Source of the DNA: Candidatus Woesearchaeota archaeon
Lineage (GTDB): Archaea > Nanobdellota > Nanobdellia > Pacearchaeales > GW2011-AR1
Length of the DNA: 50,299 nucleotides
Assembly: GCA_964549155.1 (NCBI GenBank)
Contig: CAZJUG010000002.1
Span: 1 to 50,299, forward strand
Direction of reading: 5' to 3'
Shown: positions 34,407-44,250 of the stretch, in pieces
How positions within the stretch are numbered: the first letter of the stretch is position 1
Layout of the letters: every line of letters starts with the position of its first letter
Position numbers and translations under genes: made by a program
The notes under the pieces: generated by a model
What the model was told of the DNA's origin: nothing
Databases searched by the model: none
The model's input: only the letters and a program-made list of their open reading frames with translations

Positions 34407-34675
34407 ACAGAGAAAGACTTTTTTTGATATTATCAATTCTATGCATCCTTATTTTACTTTTGATGACAGAATTTCAAAAACCTATAGCACTAGGAGAAAT
34501 AGAAAAGATTTCTGGGAACTTCCCAATCAGGATAAAACTTCAAAACCAAACTACAGAGATTATTTTATTCGAAACAGAAGTCTCATTTAAAAAAGGAAAC
34601 ATAATTGAGGTGTATGGTTCCAGGCAAAATGAAGAAGAACTGATTGCAAACAAGATAAAATGTTTGAATTGTTAA
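34403..34675 (+). CDS. Small membrane-anchored protein
   Basis: N-terminal TM helix LFLILSILCILILLLM. Overlapping starts and stops with both neighbours suggest one operon. Confidence 0.45.
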   Translation: MNRERLFLILSILCILILLLMTEFQKPIALGEIEKISGNFPIRIKLQNQTTEIILFETEVSFKKGNIIEVYGSRQNEEELIANKIKCLNC

Positions 34676-35856
34676 TTTCACTGACAATTGGAGTTGCATT
34701 AGGAGTTTTCACAGGCTTAATTCCAGGGATTCATACTAATCTTGTAGCTGCCTTTTTAGTTTCGAGTTCTGCTTTTTTTCTAAACATCTTTTCTCCATTG
34801 CAAATAATTGTTTTGATTGTTGCAATGGGTTTAACAAACACATTTATAGATACCATTCCTTCAATCTACCTGGGAGCACCGAGCGAAGAAACAGCTCTTT
34901 CTGTTCTCCCAGGACATAAAATGCTTTTAGAAGGGAAAGGACATGAAGCAATTGTTTATACTTTAATCGGCTCTTCAATTGCAGTAATACTTTTTTTGAT
35001 TCTCGCACCGATATTTTTCTTTGTTATTCCTTTTGTCCAAGGGTTTATAGAAAAAATGATGGCCTTTTTTCTAATTTGGGCCTGTATTTTTTTAGTAGGC
35101 AGAGAAAAAGAATCTAAGATAAGAGCACTAATCATTTTTCTTCTCGCAGGGTTTTTAGGAATTGCCAGTACAAATCTCAATATAAATCAACCCCTCCTCC
35201 CATTATTAACGGGTCTTTTTGGTACCTCCACTCTTATTTACTCCATCTCCTCAAATTCTGTGGTTCCAAAACAAGTTCTTGAAAAATTAAAGATAAAATG
35301 GGAAGAGATAAAAAAACCAACAATTGCAACAGCAATAACTTCCCCAATTTGTTCTTTCCTTCCAGGAATGGGTGCAAGTCAATCAGCAATAATTGGTTCA
35401 ACAATAGTTAAGGAGATGAGCCAGAAACAATTTCTTATTTTAGTTGGAAGTACGAATACTCTTGTCCTATCAGTTTCTTTTTTAATTCTTTATCTCACAG
35501 ATAAGAAAAGAAGCGGGCTTGCAGGAGCAATTGCAGAAATAACAAAGCTAACATTTAATGAACTTCTAGTAATTATCGTAGCCATCATTTTAACCTCCAT
35601 AATTTCAATATTTTTAACAATCTCTATTTCAAAAAATTTTGCAAAGATAATCCATAGAATAAATTATGAAAAAGTCTCTAAAGTAGTCCTTTTATTTTTA
35701 GTTTTTGTTACGGTATTAATGAGCGGGTTTGTGGGTTTATTTGTTTTAATCAGTTCAACAATCCTTGGACTAACTTGTGCTTATTTAGATGTAAGAAAGG
35801 GTTTCCTGATGGGATGTTTGATGATCCCAACAATTCTGTTTTATCTGCCTTTTTAG
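34660..35856 (+). CDS. TctA/DUF112 family integral membrane protein
   Basis: About 10-12 TM segments. N-terminal GLIPGIHTNL and the later FLPGMGASQSAIIG resemble the duplicated DUF112 motif. Confidence 0.7.
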   Translation: MFELLISLTIGVALGVFTGLIPGIHTNLVAAFLVSSSAFFLNIFSPLQIIVLIVAMGLTNTFIDTIPSIYLGAPSEETALSVLPGHKMLLEGKGHEAIVYTLIGSSIAVILFLILAPIFFFVIPFVQGFIEKMMAFFLIWACIFLVGREKESKIRALIIFLLAGFLGIASTNLNINQPLLPLLTGLFGTSTLIYSISSNSVVPKQVLEKLKIKWEEIKKPTIATAITSPICSFLPGMGASQSAIIGSTIVKEMSQKQFLILVGSTNTLVLSVSFLILYLTDKKRSGLAGAIAEITKLTFNELLVIIVAIILTSIISIFLTISISKNFAKIIHRINYEKVSKVVLLFLVFVTVLMSGFVGLFVLISSTILGLTCAYLDVRKGFLMGCLMIPTILFYLPF

Positions 35857-38800
35857 AACCAATTCTTCAAATCTACCTGTCTTTCACTTTCCTTACCGAA
35901 AATACTCTCTATATACAACTTTGCTAATTCTAAAGATTGTTTGGTATATGCAGGAATATTGTAAGTTTCTGCAAGTTCAATAGCTGGATCTAAATACTTC
36001 TTGATTGAACCTTCAGAGATAGTAAAAATAATTTTTCCGCCACAACTACACGCCCCAGACATAGGAGGTCTTCTGAATTTCTTGTTACATTTAACACACC
36101 TAAAAACTTGATGAGAAAACTTTCTTAAATTACCCCTAATATCTCTAATAAAATGTCTGTCTATCACAAGTCTAGCAACATCAGAAGCATCGACCGAGCG
36201 GAGTTTATCTGCAAGCCCCATTTGTCCAAGAACCTTTTCCTTCATAGAAGGGAGAACTTTGTATGCAGAATTGTAAACGCCTGAATGAATATTGCTTGTA
36301 TCGTGGGTAAACCCCATTTCTTCAAAGGAATTTCTTCCCTGTTTAAGAAAACTTTTAACAGTCTCAATTTTTATTTCAGAAGAATGCTTTCTTTGCTCCG
36401 CAAGTTCATAAAGACTTAAAGGATATTCCCAACAAGTTTCAAAATCCAAAATTTGATCATCTACTTCCCCCTCTCTAATTCTTGAATTTAAAACTAAAGG
36501 TGCATCCTGTGTTCCCCCCCTATGAGAAGGGAGATATTTCAAAGAAAAATTTAATAAAACATCTAACAAAAGCATTACAGCTGCTTCGTCTCCATCGCAA
36601 TCTCTTCTCATGGCTGCATGCATAAATGGACTCGCAACGAGACCTTGCATTTTAGTAAAACCAATAATCCTCCCAATAACTCCTGCACAATTATGTGGAG
36701 CCATACAAGCAACCAGCTGTCCAACAAGGCCTTCTCTTGAATTTAGATTATAATGTTTAGGAAGTTTATAAAATTTCTCTAAAAGTTCATCAATAAAATG
36801 AGTTATATTAAGGAATACATCATCTGCCTTTTCATCGGGAGTCTCTGGACAAGAGGGTAATAAGATATCATGAGGCATTAAATTTAAAATTTGATTCTCA
36901 TCAACCAAATCATTCCCATAACAATCTTTTTTGTATCCCAACTCCCTAAGTTTTTCAACAGAAGTTCCAATCTCCTTTGGTTTAAAATGTGTCAAGGGAA
37001 TTTCAGTTCCGTCATATCTTATTGTACCATCTTTATTTACACAGAGATTATATTTAGCTCTTAATATCCCTTTTACCATGTTTTCATTTTCATGAGAATC
37101 GCTACTCGTCCCCCTTATTCCCTTTATCAAAATTGGAACATCTCCCATTCCATAGTTTAACTTATTGACTGCAACATTAAATAAATATTTCAGCTCTAAT
37201 TTTCTATTAGTAGATTCAGAACATTTTTCATGTTCTGGACATTTCTTAGATAATACCTTTCCACAATCTCTACAATAAAAATTTTTCTTTGCATCTGAAC
37301 CACAGAAAACACATTTTCTATAAATAGATTCCTTATTACATTTTTCGCAAAAATAAAGAGGAAAGTCTGCTTTGGAAAATCCTGTTTCAACAGCCTCATT
37401 TAAACTCCTAAACCTCCCTCCCTGTTCGCCCACGGAAAAAAGAACATTTGGACTTCCAGTTAATTTTCTCAATTTAGCTTTTTCAGGCCGACCCATCCTT
37501 GCACCAATGAAATCTCCAGCCTTATCTTTTATTTTTAATTTTGAAACTAGATTAATAAATTCCAGAATAGATTCTCCATTATATTTATTTAATAATTTTA
37601 AAACTTCTTCATTAAATCTTTCAGGTACTAAACCGAGATTAAAAATAAATTCTTCTCCATTCTCAACCACAACATTATCTAGAAAAACTTCATGTTCTAC
37701 TCCTAAAATTTCTAATGCTCTTTTTCCAATAAAAAATTCTTCTCTTTGATTTTTAGAATAAGGGAGAATTAATTTCTCATTCCAGCTTCCTTGAGAGAGC
37801 CATTTCAAGAGACCTATAAATTGTTCTGAGTTTATCTGGGTCCAATAGAATATATATGCAGGATGAAGAGGAAGTCCAAATTTTTCAGAAAAGTCTATTG
37901 CCTCCTTGAAAGGAACATTATAACAATCAAAATTTATCTTCTCTTCCATTTTTTCCAATTCTCTTTTTAATTCTAATCCCCACCACTCTTCAACATAACC
38001 TGGTTTCAAAAGGTCGGTATTTCTGTTTAAGACATCTCCTAATGGGAAAAGCATGTCTCCTAAATATATAATTTCTTCAACCTCTGGAAATATTTTTTTT
38101 GCTTCTTCAGGATCATTAATCTTTTTTACAGAACCATTTTTTAATTTTACAATTGGTCCGTCTATAACATCACAACAAGTAACAATACAACCTTTAGTAG
38201 GTTTCTCTATCTTTAATTGTGTACCATTAGAAAGAAATTTATTTGATATGAACATTGTAGCAGGATGAATAGAAGTAGCTGAAAAACCTGCGGCCCTACT
38301 CCTCCCATATCTAAACCTAAAACTTCCCGAACGAGAAGGGTGACCATAGACAGGTCTTCCAGCAACTAAATCTTTAATATACGTTGCTGTTGTATCTTTA
38401 CTACCTTTCTCTCTCTTTTTATGTAAAACTATATATTCATCTAAATAATCCCAACCTGTAGAGGGAAAACCACTTTCTTTAGCTTCCTTAAGAGACCTAA
38501 CAGCTTTCTGTGCTTTCTGTGCTAATCCCTCTGAAAAACACAAACACATTCCTCCACGTATGAAATTAGTCGGAACCCTCGGCAAATCTTTAAAATTGGA
38601 AACCTCTTTTTTTTCAGTTGGGTCCCCAGAGATTTGCACTGGAAGATTTTTGGCTAGGAATATAATCTCTTCTTCTGTAGGGAGATATTGTAGATTTGTG
38701 ACTCTTTCATGATAATCAAAATTTTCAGTCACATATCTTTTTACTTCTTCTTCTGAAGGATCATATTTTTCATAACCAAAAAGTTCTCTTAGATAGTCAA

Positions 38801-39296
38801 CTAGTATTAGAAATCTGCAAGTTGCAGTTGTTCCGGCGCTTCTTATAGGTCCTGAAAAATTGACAATGAAATACTCCTTTCCATTCTTAGTTTTTCCCAA
38901 ATCTATTCCTGTATACCCTTCAATGGGAGAAGCCACAACGCCAAGAGTATCATAAGCAAACCCAATCCTTGCTCCTGCATCTATTGCTTGTAATAAACTT
39001 TCAAATTTACAAAACTTTTCCTTGGCCACTTCTTCCGCTATCTTTAAACACACCCTGAAATTTAACTGACCATATTCTTTCTCAAGTTCTAAAATTCTTT
39101 GAGAGATTTTTGTACCTTTCATTTGAGGATAAATTGTAGAAATTAAACCAACTGTTTTTTCAGCAAGAGAAGTTGCAAGAGGGATCTCTACAGAACTTGC
39201 AGGGTCAAAACCTTCTTCTCTGGCTTTTTGTGCTAAATCATACTCCTTTAATATCATTTTAGAGATAGATTTAAAATAATTTTCAGTATTGTCCAT
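35853..39296 (-). CDS. dp2: DNA polymerase D (Pol II) large catalytic subunit DP2
   Basis: 1147 aa. Signature RRDCDGDEAAVMLLLD, several Cys4 zinc modules, and a typical N-terminus (...YF..I......A...R..G.DP...VEIPLA). Confidence 0.9.
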   Translation of the reverse strand: MDNTENYFKSISKMILKEYDLAQKAREEGFDPASSVEIPLATSLAEKTVGLISTIYPQMKGTKISQRILELEKEYGQLNFRVCLKIAEEVAKEKFCKFESLLQAIDAGARIGFAYDTLGVVASPIEGYTGIDLGKTKNGKEYFIVNFSGPIRSAGTTATCRFLILVDYLRELFGYEKYDPSEEEVKRYVTENFDYHERVTNLQYLPTEEEIIFLAKNLPVQISGDPTEKKEVSNFKDLPRVPTNFIRGGMCLCFSEGLAQKAQKAVRSLKEAKESGFPSTGWDYLDEYIVLHKKREKGSKDTTATYIKDLVAGRPVYGHPSRSGSFRFRYGRSRAAGFSATSIHPATMFISNKFLSNGTQLKIEKPTKGCIVTCCDVIDGPIVKLKNGSVKKINDPEEAKKIFPEVEEIIYLGDMLFPLGDVLNRNTDLLKPGYVEEWWGLELKRELEKMEEKINFDCYNVPFKEAIDFSEKFGLPLHPAYIFYWTQINSEQFIGLLKWLSQGSWNEKLILPYSKNQREEFFIGKRALEILGVEHEVFLDNVVVENGEEFIFNLGLVPERFNEEVLKLLNKYNGESILEFINLVSKLKIKDKAGDFIGARMGRPEKAKLRKLTGSPNVLFSVGEQGGRFRSLNEAVETGFSKADFPLYFCEKCNKESIYRKCVFCGSDAKKNFYCRDCGKVLSKKCPEHEKCSESTNRKLELKYLFNVAVNKLNYGMGDVPILIKGIRGTSSDSHENENMVKGILRAKYNLCVNKDGTIRYDGTEIPLTHFKPKEIGTSVEKLRELGYKKDCYGNDLVDENQILNLMPHDILLPSCPETPDEKADDVFLNITHFIDELLEKFYKLPKHYNLNSREGLVGQLVACMAPHNCAGVIGRIIGFTKMQGLVASPFMHAAMRRDCDGDEAAVMLLLDVLLNFSLKYLPSHRGGTQDAPLVLNSRIREGEVDDQILDFETCWEYPLSLYELAEQRKHSSEIKIETVKSFLKQGRNSFEEMGFTHDTSNIHSGVYNSAYKVLPSMKEKVLGQMGLADKLRSVDASDVARLVIDRHFIRDIRGNLRKFSHQVFRCVKCNKKFRRPPMSGACSCGGKIIFTISEGSIKKYLDPAIELAETYNIPAYTKQSLELAKLYIESIFGKESERQVDLKNWF

Positions 39297-40840
39297 TAAT
39301 TTGAAGAAAAGTCTAGAATCTTCACCTCCCTTGTTTTTAGATTAAAAATTGGAACCTTACAAGGATCAGGTTCATTACCTACCTTTTCTTCAAAAGGAGT
39401 TTTGTCTTGCCAGCAAGAAGAAGCAACTAAGAGAATATTATTATAACTAGATATTTCAGGCCTATGTTGATCTCCAGTACATATAATATCTGGAACAAAA
39501 TCTATAACCATAGGATCTTTTTTCTCATTGGGAATATAATCACAGACCCCATGAATTGGAGAAAGATGTCTTCGTTTTAACATTTCTTTCACAACACGAG
39601 TGGGAGATTTATGACCATATTTAGTTCTTATTTCTTCAATTTCTTCAATTATTCCATGCATACTTGCTCCGTGATATATTAAAATTTTAAATGAATTCGA
39701 AATTTCAACAATAGCCGGATTAGTAACACAGGTAACATTTGGAAGATTTACTAAACCTGGAGCCCATCTTTCATCAATTGAAGGTTGTGGCTCTCCAACC
39801 CAAACCGCATCGTGTTGGCCTGGACAAATAATTATATTTATATCCTTACGAATTTTAGAAAGTAACTCTACAAGTTTTTCATATTGTTTAGTCATATCTT
39901 TTATGGCTAAGAATTTTTCTTGATCCGGGAAAACTCCAACTCCATCCACATTATCACCTATAATAAACAGATACTTAACTTTTTGAGAGATGTTTTTTTG
40001 AGCCTCGTCTCCTTCTCCATTTAACCAATCAATAAATTTCAAAAAATTCTTCTCAAAAAACATATTAGAACCTATATGTAAATCGGAAGTAAAAGCAACT
40101 ATCTCTTCATACTTAGATTTTTTTTTCTCAGACAAAACTGAATCTGGATGAATAATATTATTCGCAAAGAGGATTTCATTATTTCCGGAAACACCTATTG
40201 CAACAATTTCATCAGGTAGTAAATCCTTAGCTATATCAAAAAGCTCTTTTTTATTATTGTTAATAAGAACTGTAGCAGAACCATTTAAATCTTCCACATC
40301 TAATAATATATTCCCATTTTTTGTCACTCTTTTTTCTAAAATAGAAACAATTATATGGTAGTTCTCCCTTTCTTTTCCAATTCTCCTAAGAGATTTGAGA
40401 TTATCAAGGTTTTTTTCTAATAATATTGATTTAATCTGTTCATATCTAGACCTAAAATGCCCAACAAAATCTTGAACTGAAATCTTTTTAGGAATCATTG
40501 TAGGAGAAAAAAGAACCTTTACACTACTATTCTCTTTCTTTAATTCTTTTTTCTCTTCAAGATTTATTGAAAAATTAGAGTCCAAGGCACCTATTGAAAC
40601 AAAAAAATTCTTAGCAAGAGGTTTTTCTTCTTCACTTAACAAAATTAAGATATTTTTACAATTATTTATAAAATTTTCTTTATTGATAATCTTTTCATTA
40701 GTATTCAAAGAAAAAAATGAATTAATTATATTTTTTGCAAGAGTTTCTTCAAGTAAAGAGAAGGAATCTAATAGACTTTTATCAAGAAGAAACCCGTTCT
40801 GCATACAAATTTTTAATATTTCTTTCTTTGTTTTCATCAT
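39296..40840 (-). CDS. dp1: DNA polymerase D small subunit DP1 (Mre11-like phosphoesterase)
   Basis: Calcineurin-like motifs FTSDLHIGS, IIGDNVDGVGV, PGQHD, YHGASMHG, CTGDQH. Directly upstream of and overlapping DP2. Confidence 0.85.
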   Translation of the reverse strand: MMKTKKEILKICMQNGFLLDKSLLDSFSLLEETLAKNIINSFFSLNTNEKIINKENFINNCKNILILLSEEEKPLAKNFFVSIGALDSNFSINLEEKKELKKENSSVKVLFSPTMIPKKISVQDFVGHFRSRYEQIKSILLEKNLDNLKSLRRIGKERENYHIIVSILEKRVTKNGNILLDVEDLNGSATVLINNNKKELFDIAKDLLPDEIVAIGVSGNNEILFANNIIHPDSVLSEKKKSKYEEIVAFTSDLHIGSNMFFEKNFLKFIDWLNGEGDEAQKNISQKVKYLFIIGDNVDGVGVFPDQEKFLAIKDMTKQYEKLVELLSKIRKDINIIICPGQHDAVWVGEPQPSIDERWAPGLVNLPNVTCVTNPAIVEISNSFKILIYHGASMHGIIEEIEEIRTKYGHKSPTRVVKEMLKRRHLSPIHGVCDYIPNEKKDPMVIDFVPDIICTGDQHRPEISSYNNILLVASSCWQDKTPFEEKVGNEPDPCKVPIFNLKTREVKILDFSSN

Positions 40841-40887
40841 TCCTCCGATAATTTTAGGCTAGGCCTATTAATTTATTATCTTAGTGA

Positions 40888-42105
40888 CTAAATATTTAAT
40901 GAATCCTTAAGGATTTCTTTTACTTTTCCTAAAAGATTGCTTGAAATTGCTAATTTTATCTCTTTAGTTCTTCCATGTCTGCCCTTTGAGATAACCATTG
41001 CATTAATAAGTCCTAACATATCAAAATCTGCTATTATATCTGAAACTCTTCTTTGAGTTAATACCTCTAACTTTAACTTTGAACATAATTCCTGATAAAA
41101 ATTATACACATCGCCTGTATAAAAAAGTTTTTTATCTGAAGAGTTATTACTTTCTTCCGTAAGTTTTAGAATTGAATAAAGAACGATTTGACATTGTGTT
41201 GGTTGTGTTTCAACTAAGTCTAAAATTTTATCTCTCTCTATCTTTTTATTTGCTTCATCAAGATATTTTTCAGAAATTTTTTTCTCTCCTGCCCTTTCAG
41301 CAAGTTCCCCTGCAACTCTTAATAAATCTAAAGCTCTTCTTGCATCTCCATGTTCTCTAGCAGCCAAAGCAGAACATTTAGATATAACCCCCTCATCTAC
41401 TACATCTTCCTTAAAAGCAGTTTCACATCTCTCTTTTAAAATATCTTGTAATTGGACTGCATTATATGTAGGAAATAAGATTTCTTCTTCTCCTAAAGAA
41501 CTCCGAACCCTTGGATCTATATTATCTAAAAAAGTTATATCATTAGAAACTCCAATTATAGAAATTTGAGCTTGACTCAATTCAGAATTTAATCTAAGAA
41601 GAGTATAAATAAAATTATCTGAAATTTTTTTGATTGCATGATCAATCTCATCAAAGATTATTACAATGAGTTGTTTTTTTGAATCTATAAGTTCTATAAA
41701 TCTTGAATAAACTTGTTGTGTAGGCAATCCTGTTGAGGGAATTGTACCTCCAAGTTGTTCTATAAGTGCTGCTAATATCCTATATTCTGTATCTGAAACC
41801 TTTTTTAATTTACAATTTAGATATTCTATTCTGACATCTGTTCCTATTTCCTTTGCTTTCTTTAAAATTTCATCTTTAACATATAAAACAGATAATGTCT
41901 TTCCAGTTCCAGTCTTTCCATAAAGGAATAGATTACTACATCTCTCTCCTCTCAAAACAGGAGCCATGATCGAAGCAACATTTTCAATCTGTTTTTCTCT
42001 ATGAGGAATAGAATCTGGGCTATAATTAGATTGTAAAATAGTCTTATTCTTAAACAAAGAATTTTTTATAACAGAATCAAAAATCCCTCCTAATTCAACA
42101 CCCAT
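40888..42105 (-). CDS. cdc6: Orc1/Cdc6 replication initiator
   Basis: Walker A GKTGTGKT, Walker B IIFDEID, sensor region GVSND, ...AREHGDARRALDLLR, and a C-terminal winged helix. Confidence 0.9.
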   Translation of the reverse strand: MGVELGGIFDSVIKNSLFKNKTILQSNYSPDSIPHREKQIENVASIMAPVLRGERCSNLFLYGKTGTGKTLSVLYVKDEILKKAKEIGTDVRIEYLNCKLKKVSDTEYRILAALIEQLGGTIPSTGLPTQQVYSRFIELIDSKKQLIVIIFDEIDHAIKKISDNFIYTLLRLNSELSQAQISIIGVSNDITFLDNIDPRVRSSLGEEEILFPTYNAVQLQDILKERCETAFKEDVVDEGVISKCSALAAREHGDARRALDLLRVAGELAERAGEKKISEKYLDEANKKIERDKILDLVETQPTQCQIVLYSILKLTEESNNSSDKKLFYTGDVYNFYQELCSKLKLEVLTQRRVSDIIADFDMLGLINAMVISKGRHGRTKEIKLAISSNLLGKVKEILKDSLNI

Positions 42106-42204
42106 TTTTATCTCCTCTTTCTTTATTATTAATCATTTCTTTAAATTCCATAATCAATTAAAAATAGAATCTTATTTAAACATTAGTGTACTTGAAATAG
42201 TGGT

Positions 42205-42229
42205 AACTCAACCCTTATTTCCTGTAGAG
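42205..42229 (-). promoter_or_regulatory. ORB-like origin recognition box 1
   Basis: Plus strand AACTCAACCCTTATTTCCTGTAGAG. It shares CTCAMCCC..TTATTK...CT..GGA with boxes 2 and 3. Confidence 0.55.
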
Positions 42230-42285
42230 ATATTTTTATATAAATCTTAGACTTTTTTAGATTATATGAACCTTTTAATATTATT

Positions 42286-42311
42286 ACCTCACCCCCTTAT
42301 TGCTTCTGGAA
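42286..42311 (-). promoter_or_regulatory. ORB-like origin recognition box 2
   Basis: Plus strand ACCTCACCCCCTTATTGCTTCTGGAA. The reverse complement TTCCAGAAGCAATAAGGGGGTGAGGT resembles the archaeal ORB layout (TCCA..GAAAC dyad followed by a G-string). Confidence 0.6.
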
Positions 42312-42345
42312 AAAATATAATCATCTTTAAAAAGGAAAGGTCAAT

Positions 42346-42452
42346 TTTTTATTTTTTTATTTTATTTAAAAGTATTTATATTATATTATATATATATTAT
42401 ATTATATATATTATTAATTAAAGTAATATATTATATACATTAAAATAGTCTA
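42346..42452. promoter_or_regulatory. Candidate duplex unwinding element of oriC
   Basis: About 105 nt with only about 3 G/C positions. Includes reiterated TATATTATAT units. Confidence 0.6.
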
Positions 42453-42519
42453 GTCAAATATTGATAATAAAAAACAAATAATAAAAAAAGTCAAATATTA
42501 AATTTTCTCAATAATAAAA

Positions 42520-42545
42520 CTCCAATAGAAACAATAGGGTGAGTG
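42520..42545 (+). promoter_or_regulatory. ORB-like origin recognition box 3 (inverted relative to boxes 1 and 2)
   Basis: CTCCAATAGAAACAATAGGGTGAGTG, on the opposite side of the A/T-rich element. Confidence 0.6.
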
Positions 42546-42671
42546 TTTATTTAAAAAATATTTTTTGAATATTATGATTATTTAGTTTTTAATAGCACTC
42601 TAAATAACTCTAAATAGATTATAAGACTCTATTACACAAAGATTTATAAATAACTATCTTATAAAGAAAAT

Positions 42672-42926
42672 ATGGAAAAGAGACCTTTCAAATCGTTGCT
42701 TGGAAAGCAAATAGTCACTAAGGATGGAAAAAGATTAGGATTAATTAAAGACATTACTTTTGAAACTAAAACAGGAGAATTAATAAATATAGTTATAAAA
42801 GATTTAACTTCTTATACTCTAAATCTTTCATTAGAAAGAACAAAAGATAAAGAAGCTTTAATTCCTTATAATTCAGTTATTGCTATAGGAGATTTTGTAG
42901 TAGTAAGTGAAGAAGATTTAATGTAA
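42672..42926 (+). CDS. PRC-barrel domain protein
   Basis: 84 aa. LLGKQIVTKDGKRLGLIKDITFETKTGELINIVI is typical of archaeal PRC-barrel proteins. Confidence 0.65.
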   Translation: MEKRPFKSLLGKQIVTKDGKRLGLIKDITFETKTGELINIVIKDLTSYTLNLSLERTKDKEALIPYNSVIAIGDFVVVSEEDLM

Positions 42927-42961
42927 TTATAACTTTTAAAAGACTTAATTTTTACTAAAAA

Positions 42962-43378
42962 ATGGCAAGAGAGATATCATTATTAGGATTTAATTATAAT
43001 AAAATTTCCTGTCAGAAATATCCTAATTTTAAAGGGAAATTAGAAGTAAAACCTAATATAAATATAGTATCCATTGAGAAGCACGAACTGAATCTTATCA
43101 AACAAGATGCAATCAAAGTTGTTTTTTCATTTAATGTTAATTATAAAGACCTTGCAGATGTAACTTTGGATGGAGAAATGATACTAAGAACAGATTCTAA
43201 AACACAAAAAGAAGTTCTAAAAGGTTGGAAAGAAAAAAAATTTGACCAAGAAATTCAAACAATGATCCTTAATTTAATTATGCAAAAGGCTTCAATAAGA
43301 GCAATTGAACTTGAAGATGAAATGAATCTTCCTATTCATATAAGAATTCCAAGACTAGAAGTTTCGAAGAAGGAATAA
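42962..43378 (+). CDS. Hypothetical protein
   Basis: 138-aa ORF with no confident family. I noted a weak resemblance to SecB-like chaperone topology but do not rely on it. Confidence 0.45.
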   Translation: MAREISLLGFNYNKISCQKYPNFKGKLEVKPNINIVSIEKHELNLIKQDAIKVVFSFNVNYKDLADVTLDGEMILRTDSKTQKEVLKGWKEKKFDQEIQTMILNLIMQKASIRAIELEDEMNLPIHIRIPRLEVSKKE

Positions 43379-43434
43379 TTCTTACACATTATTTTAACAA
43401 ACATTTAAAACTATTAATTAGCTAACATTTCTAT

Positions 43435-43515
43435 GCCCACATGGCACAATGGTACTGCAACGGTCTCGAAAACCGTGTCTTTACGGACTTCCCAGTTCGA
43501 TTCTGGGTGTGGGCG
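43435..43515 (+). tRNA. tRNA-Ser(CGA)
   Basis: Hand fold: acceptor GCCCACA/TGTGGGC, anticodon stem ACGGT/ACCGT, loop CTCGAAA, 14-nt long variable arm, T-arm CCCAG-TTCGATT-CTGGG, discriminator G. Confidence 0.85.
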
Positions 43516-43518
43516 GTT

Positions 43519-44250
43519 CTAATTAAATTTCCCAAAATCTAACACCTCTCCATCAGGGCTAACAACAAATACCTTTCTTTTCTTCAAATCTAATAAATCT
43601 AATTCACAATCCCCTAATATATTAGTCCCTTCAACTAAAGGGAAAAAACTAGGTAAAACAACAATTTCCTTCCTTTTAAAATTTCCAACAACAAAACACT
43701 TAAACCTTTCAACTTTCTCTCCATCTGTCAAATCAATCGCAGGATGAAAATGTCCAACCACAAGAAGTTTGGCTTTTTTTATCTCTTTATCAACTTTCTT
43801 AAAAGATTTATAGTCTCCATGAAAAAATAAAATTCCATTTTCAACATAATAATCAACAATTTCCACATTTTTCCAGTTTTCATTTCTAAAAACTATGTCA
43901 ATCATTGTGTCATGATTCCCTCTTATTAAAATAACTTTCTTTTTAGAGAACTTCTCTTCCAAAAAATCCAAAAATTTATTTATATCTTGCCTTTCCTGTT
44001 TAGTTATTGTTCCAAAACTATGCCTTATATCTCCTAAAATAATAATCTTCTCAACCTTATTTGTTTTCACTATAATTTTTTTCAAATCATCAATAATCTC
44101 TCCTACCATTCTCCGCGGAACAGCAATTCCAGCATTATTTAATTCTTCTTCATATCCAAAATGCAAATCTCCAATTACAAGAATTTTTATCTTATGAAAA
44201 TACAATGATCTGCTTAAAAATTTATAACTTTTCATTTCTATCCATCTCAT
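43519..44250 (-). CDS. Calcineurin-like metallophosphoesterase (Lhr-associated MPE type)
   Basis: Motifs VIGDLHFG, ILGDIRH, RGNHD, GHFHP. Immediately downstream of and overlapping the Lhr gene. The track start at 44286 is TTG; ATG codons lie at 44250 and 44235. Confidence 0.75.
   Translation of the reverse strand: MRWIEMKSYKFLSRSLYFHKIKILVIGDLHFGYEEELNNAGIAVPRRMVGEIIDDLKKIIVKTNKVEKIIILGDIRHSFGTITKQERQDINKFLDFLEEKFSKKKVILIRGNHDTMIDIVFRNENWKNVEIVDYYVENGILFFHGDYKSFKKVDKEIKKAKLLVVGHFHPAIDLTDGEKVERFKCFVVGNFKRKEIVVLPSFFPLVEGTNILGDCELDLLDLKKRKVFVVSPDGEVLDFGKFN

Noticed and set aside
42262-42276. 15-mer TTATATGAACCTTTT shared between the oriC spacer and 50256-50270, suggesting a second origin at the right edge
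   Set aside because: A rough estimate for an A/T-rich 50-kb window gives about 0.5 expected chance 15-mer matches to a 566-nt query. The nearby TTCCAATAAAC lacks the G-run of the ORB boxes.
42346-42452. Short TATATTATAT reiterations as a CRISPR or tandem-repeat locus
   Set aside because: There is no repeat-spacer periodicity and no cas genes. The pure A/T composition next to cdc6 is better explained as an unwinding element.
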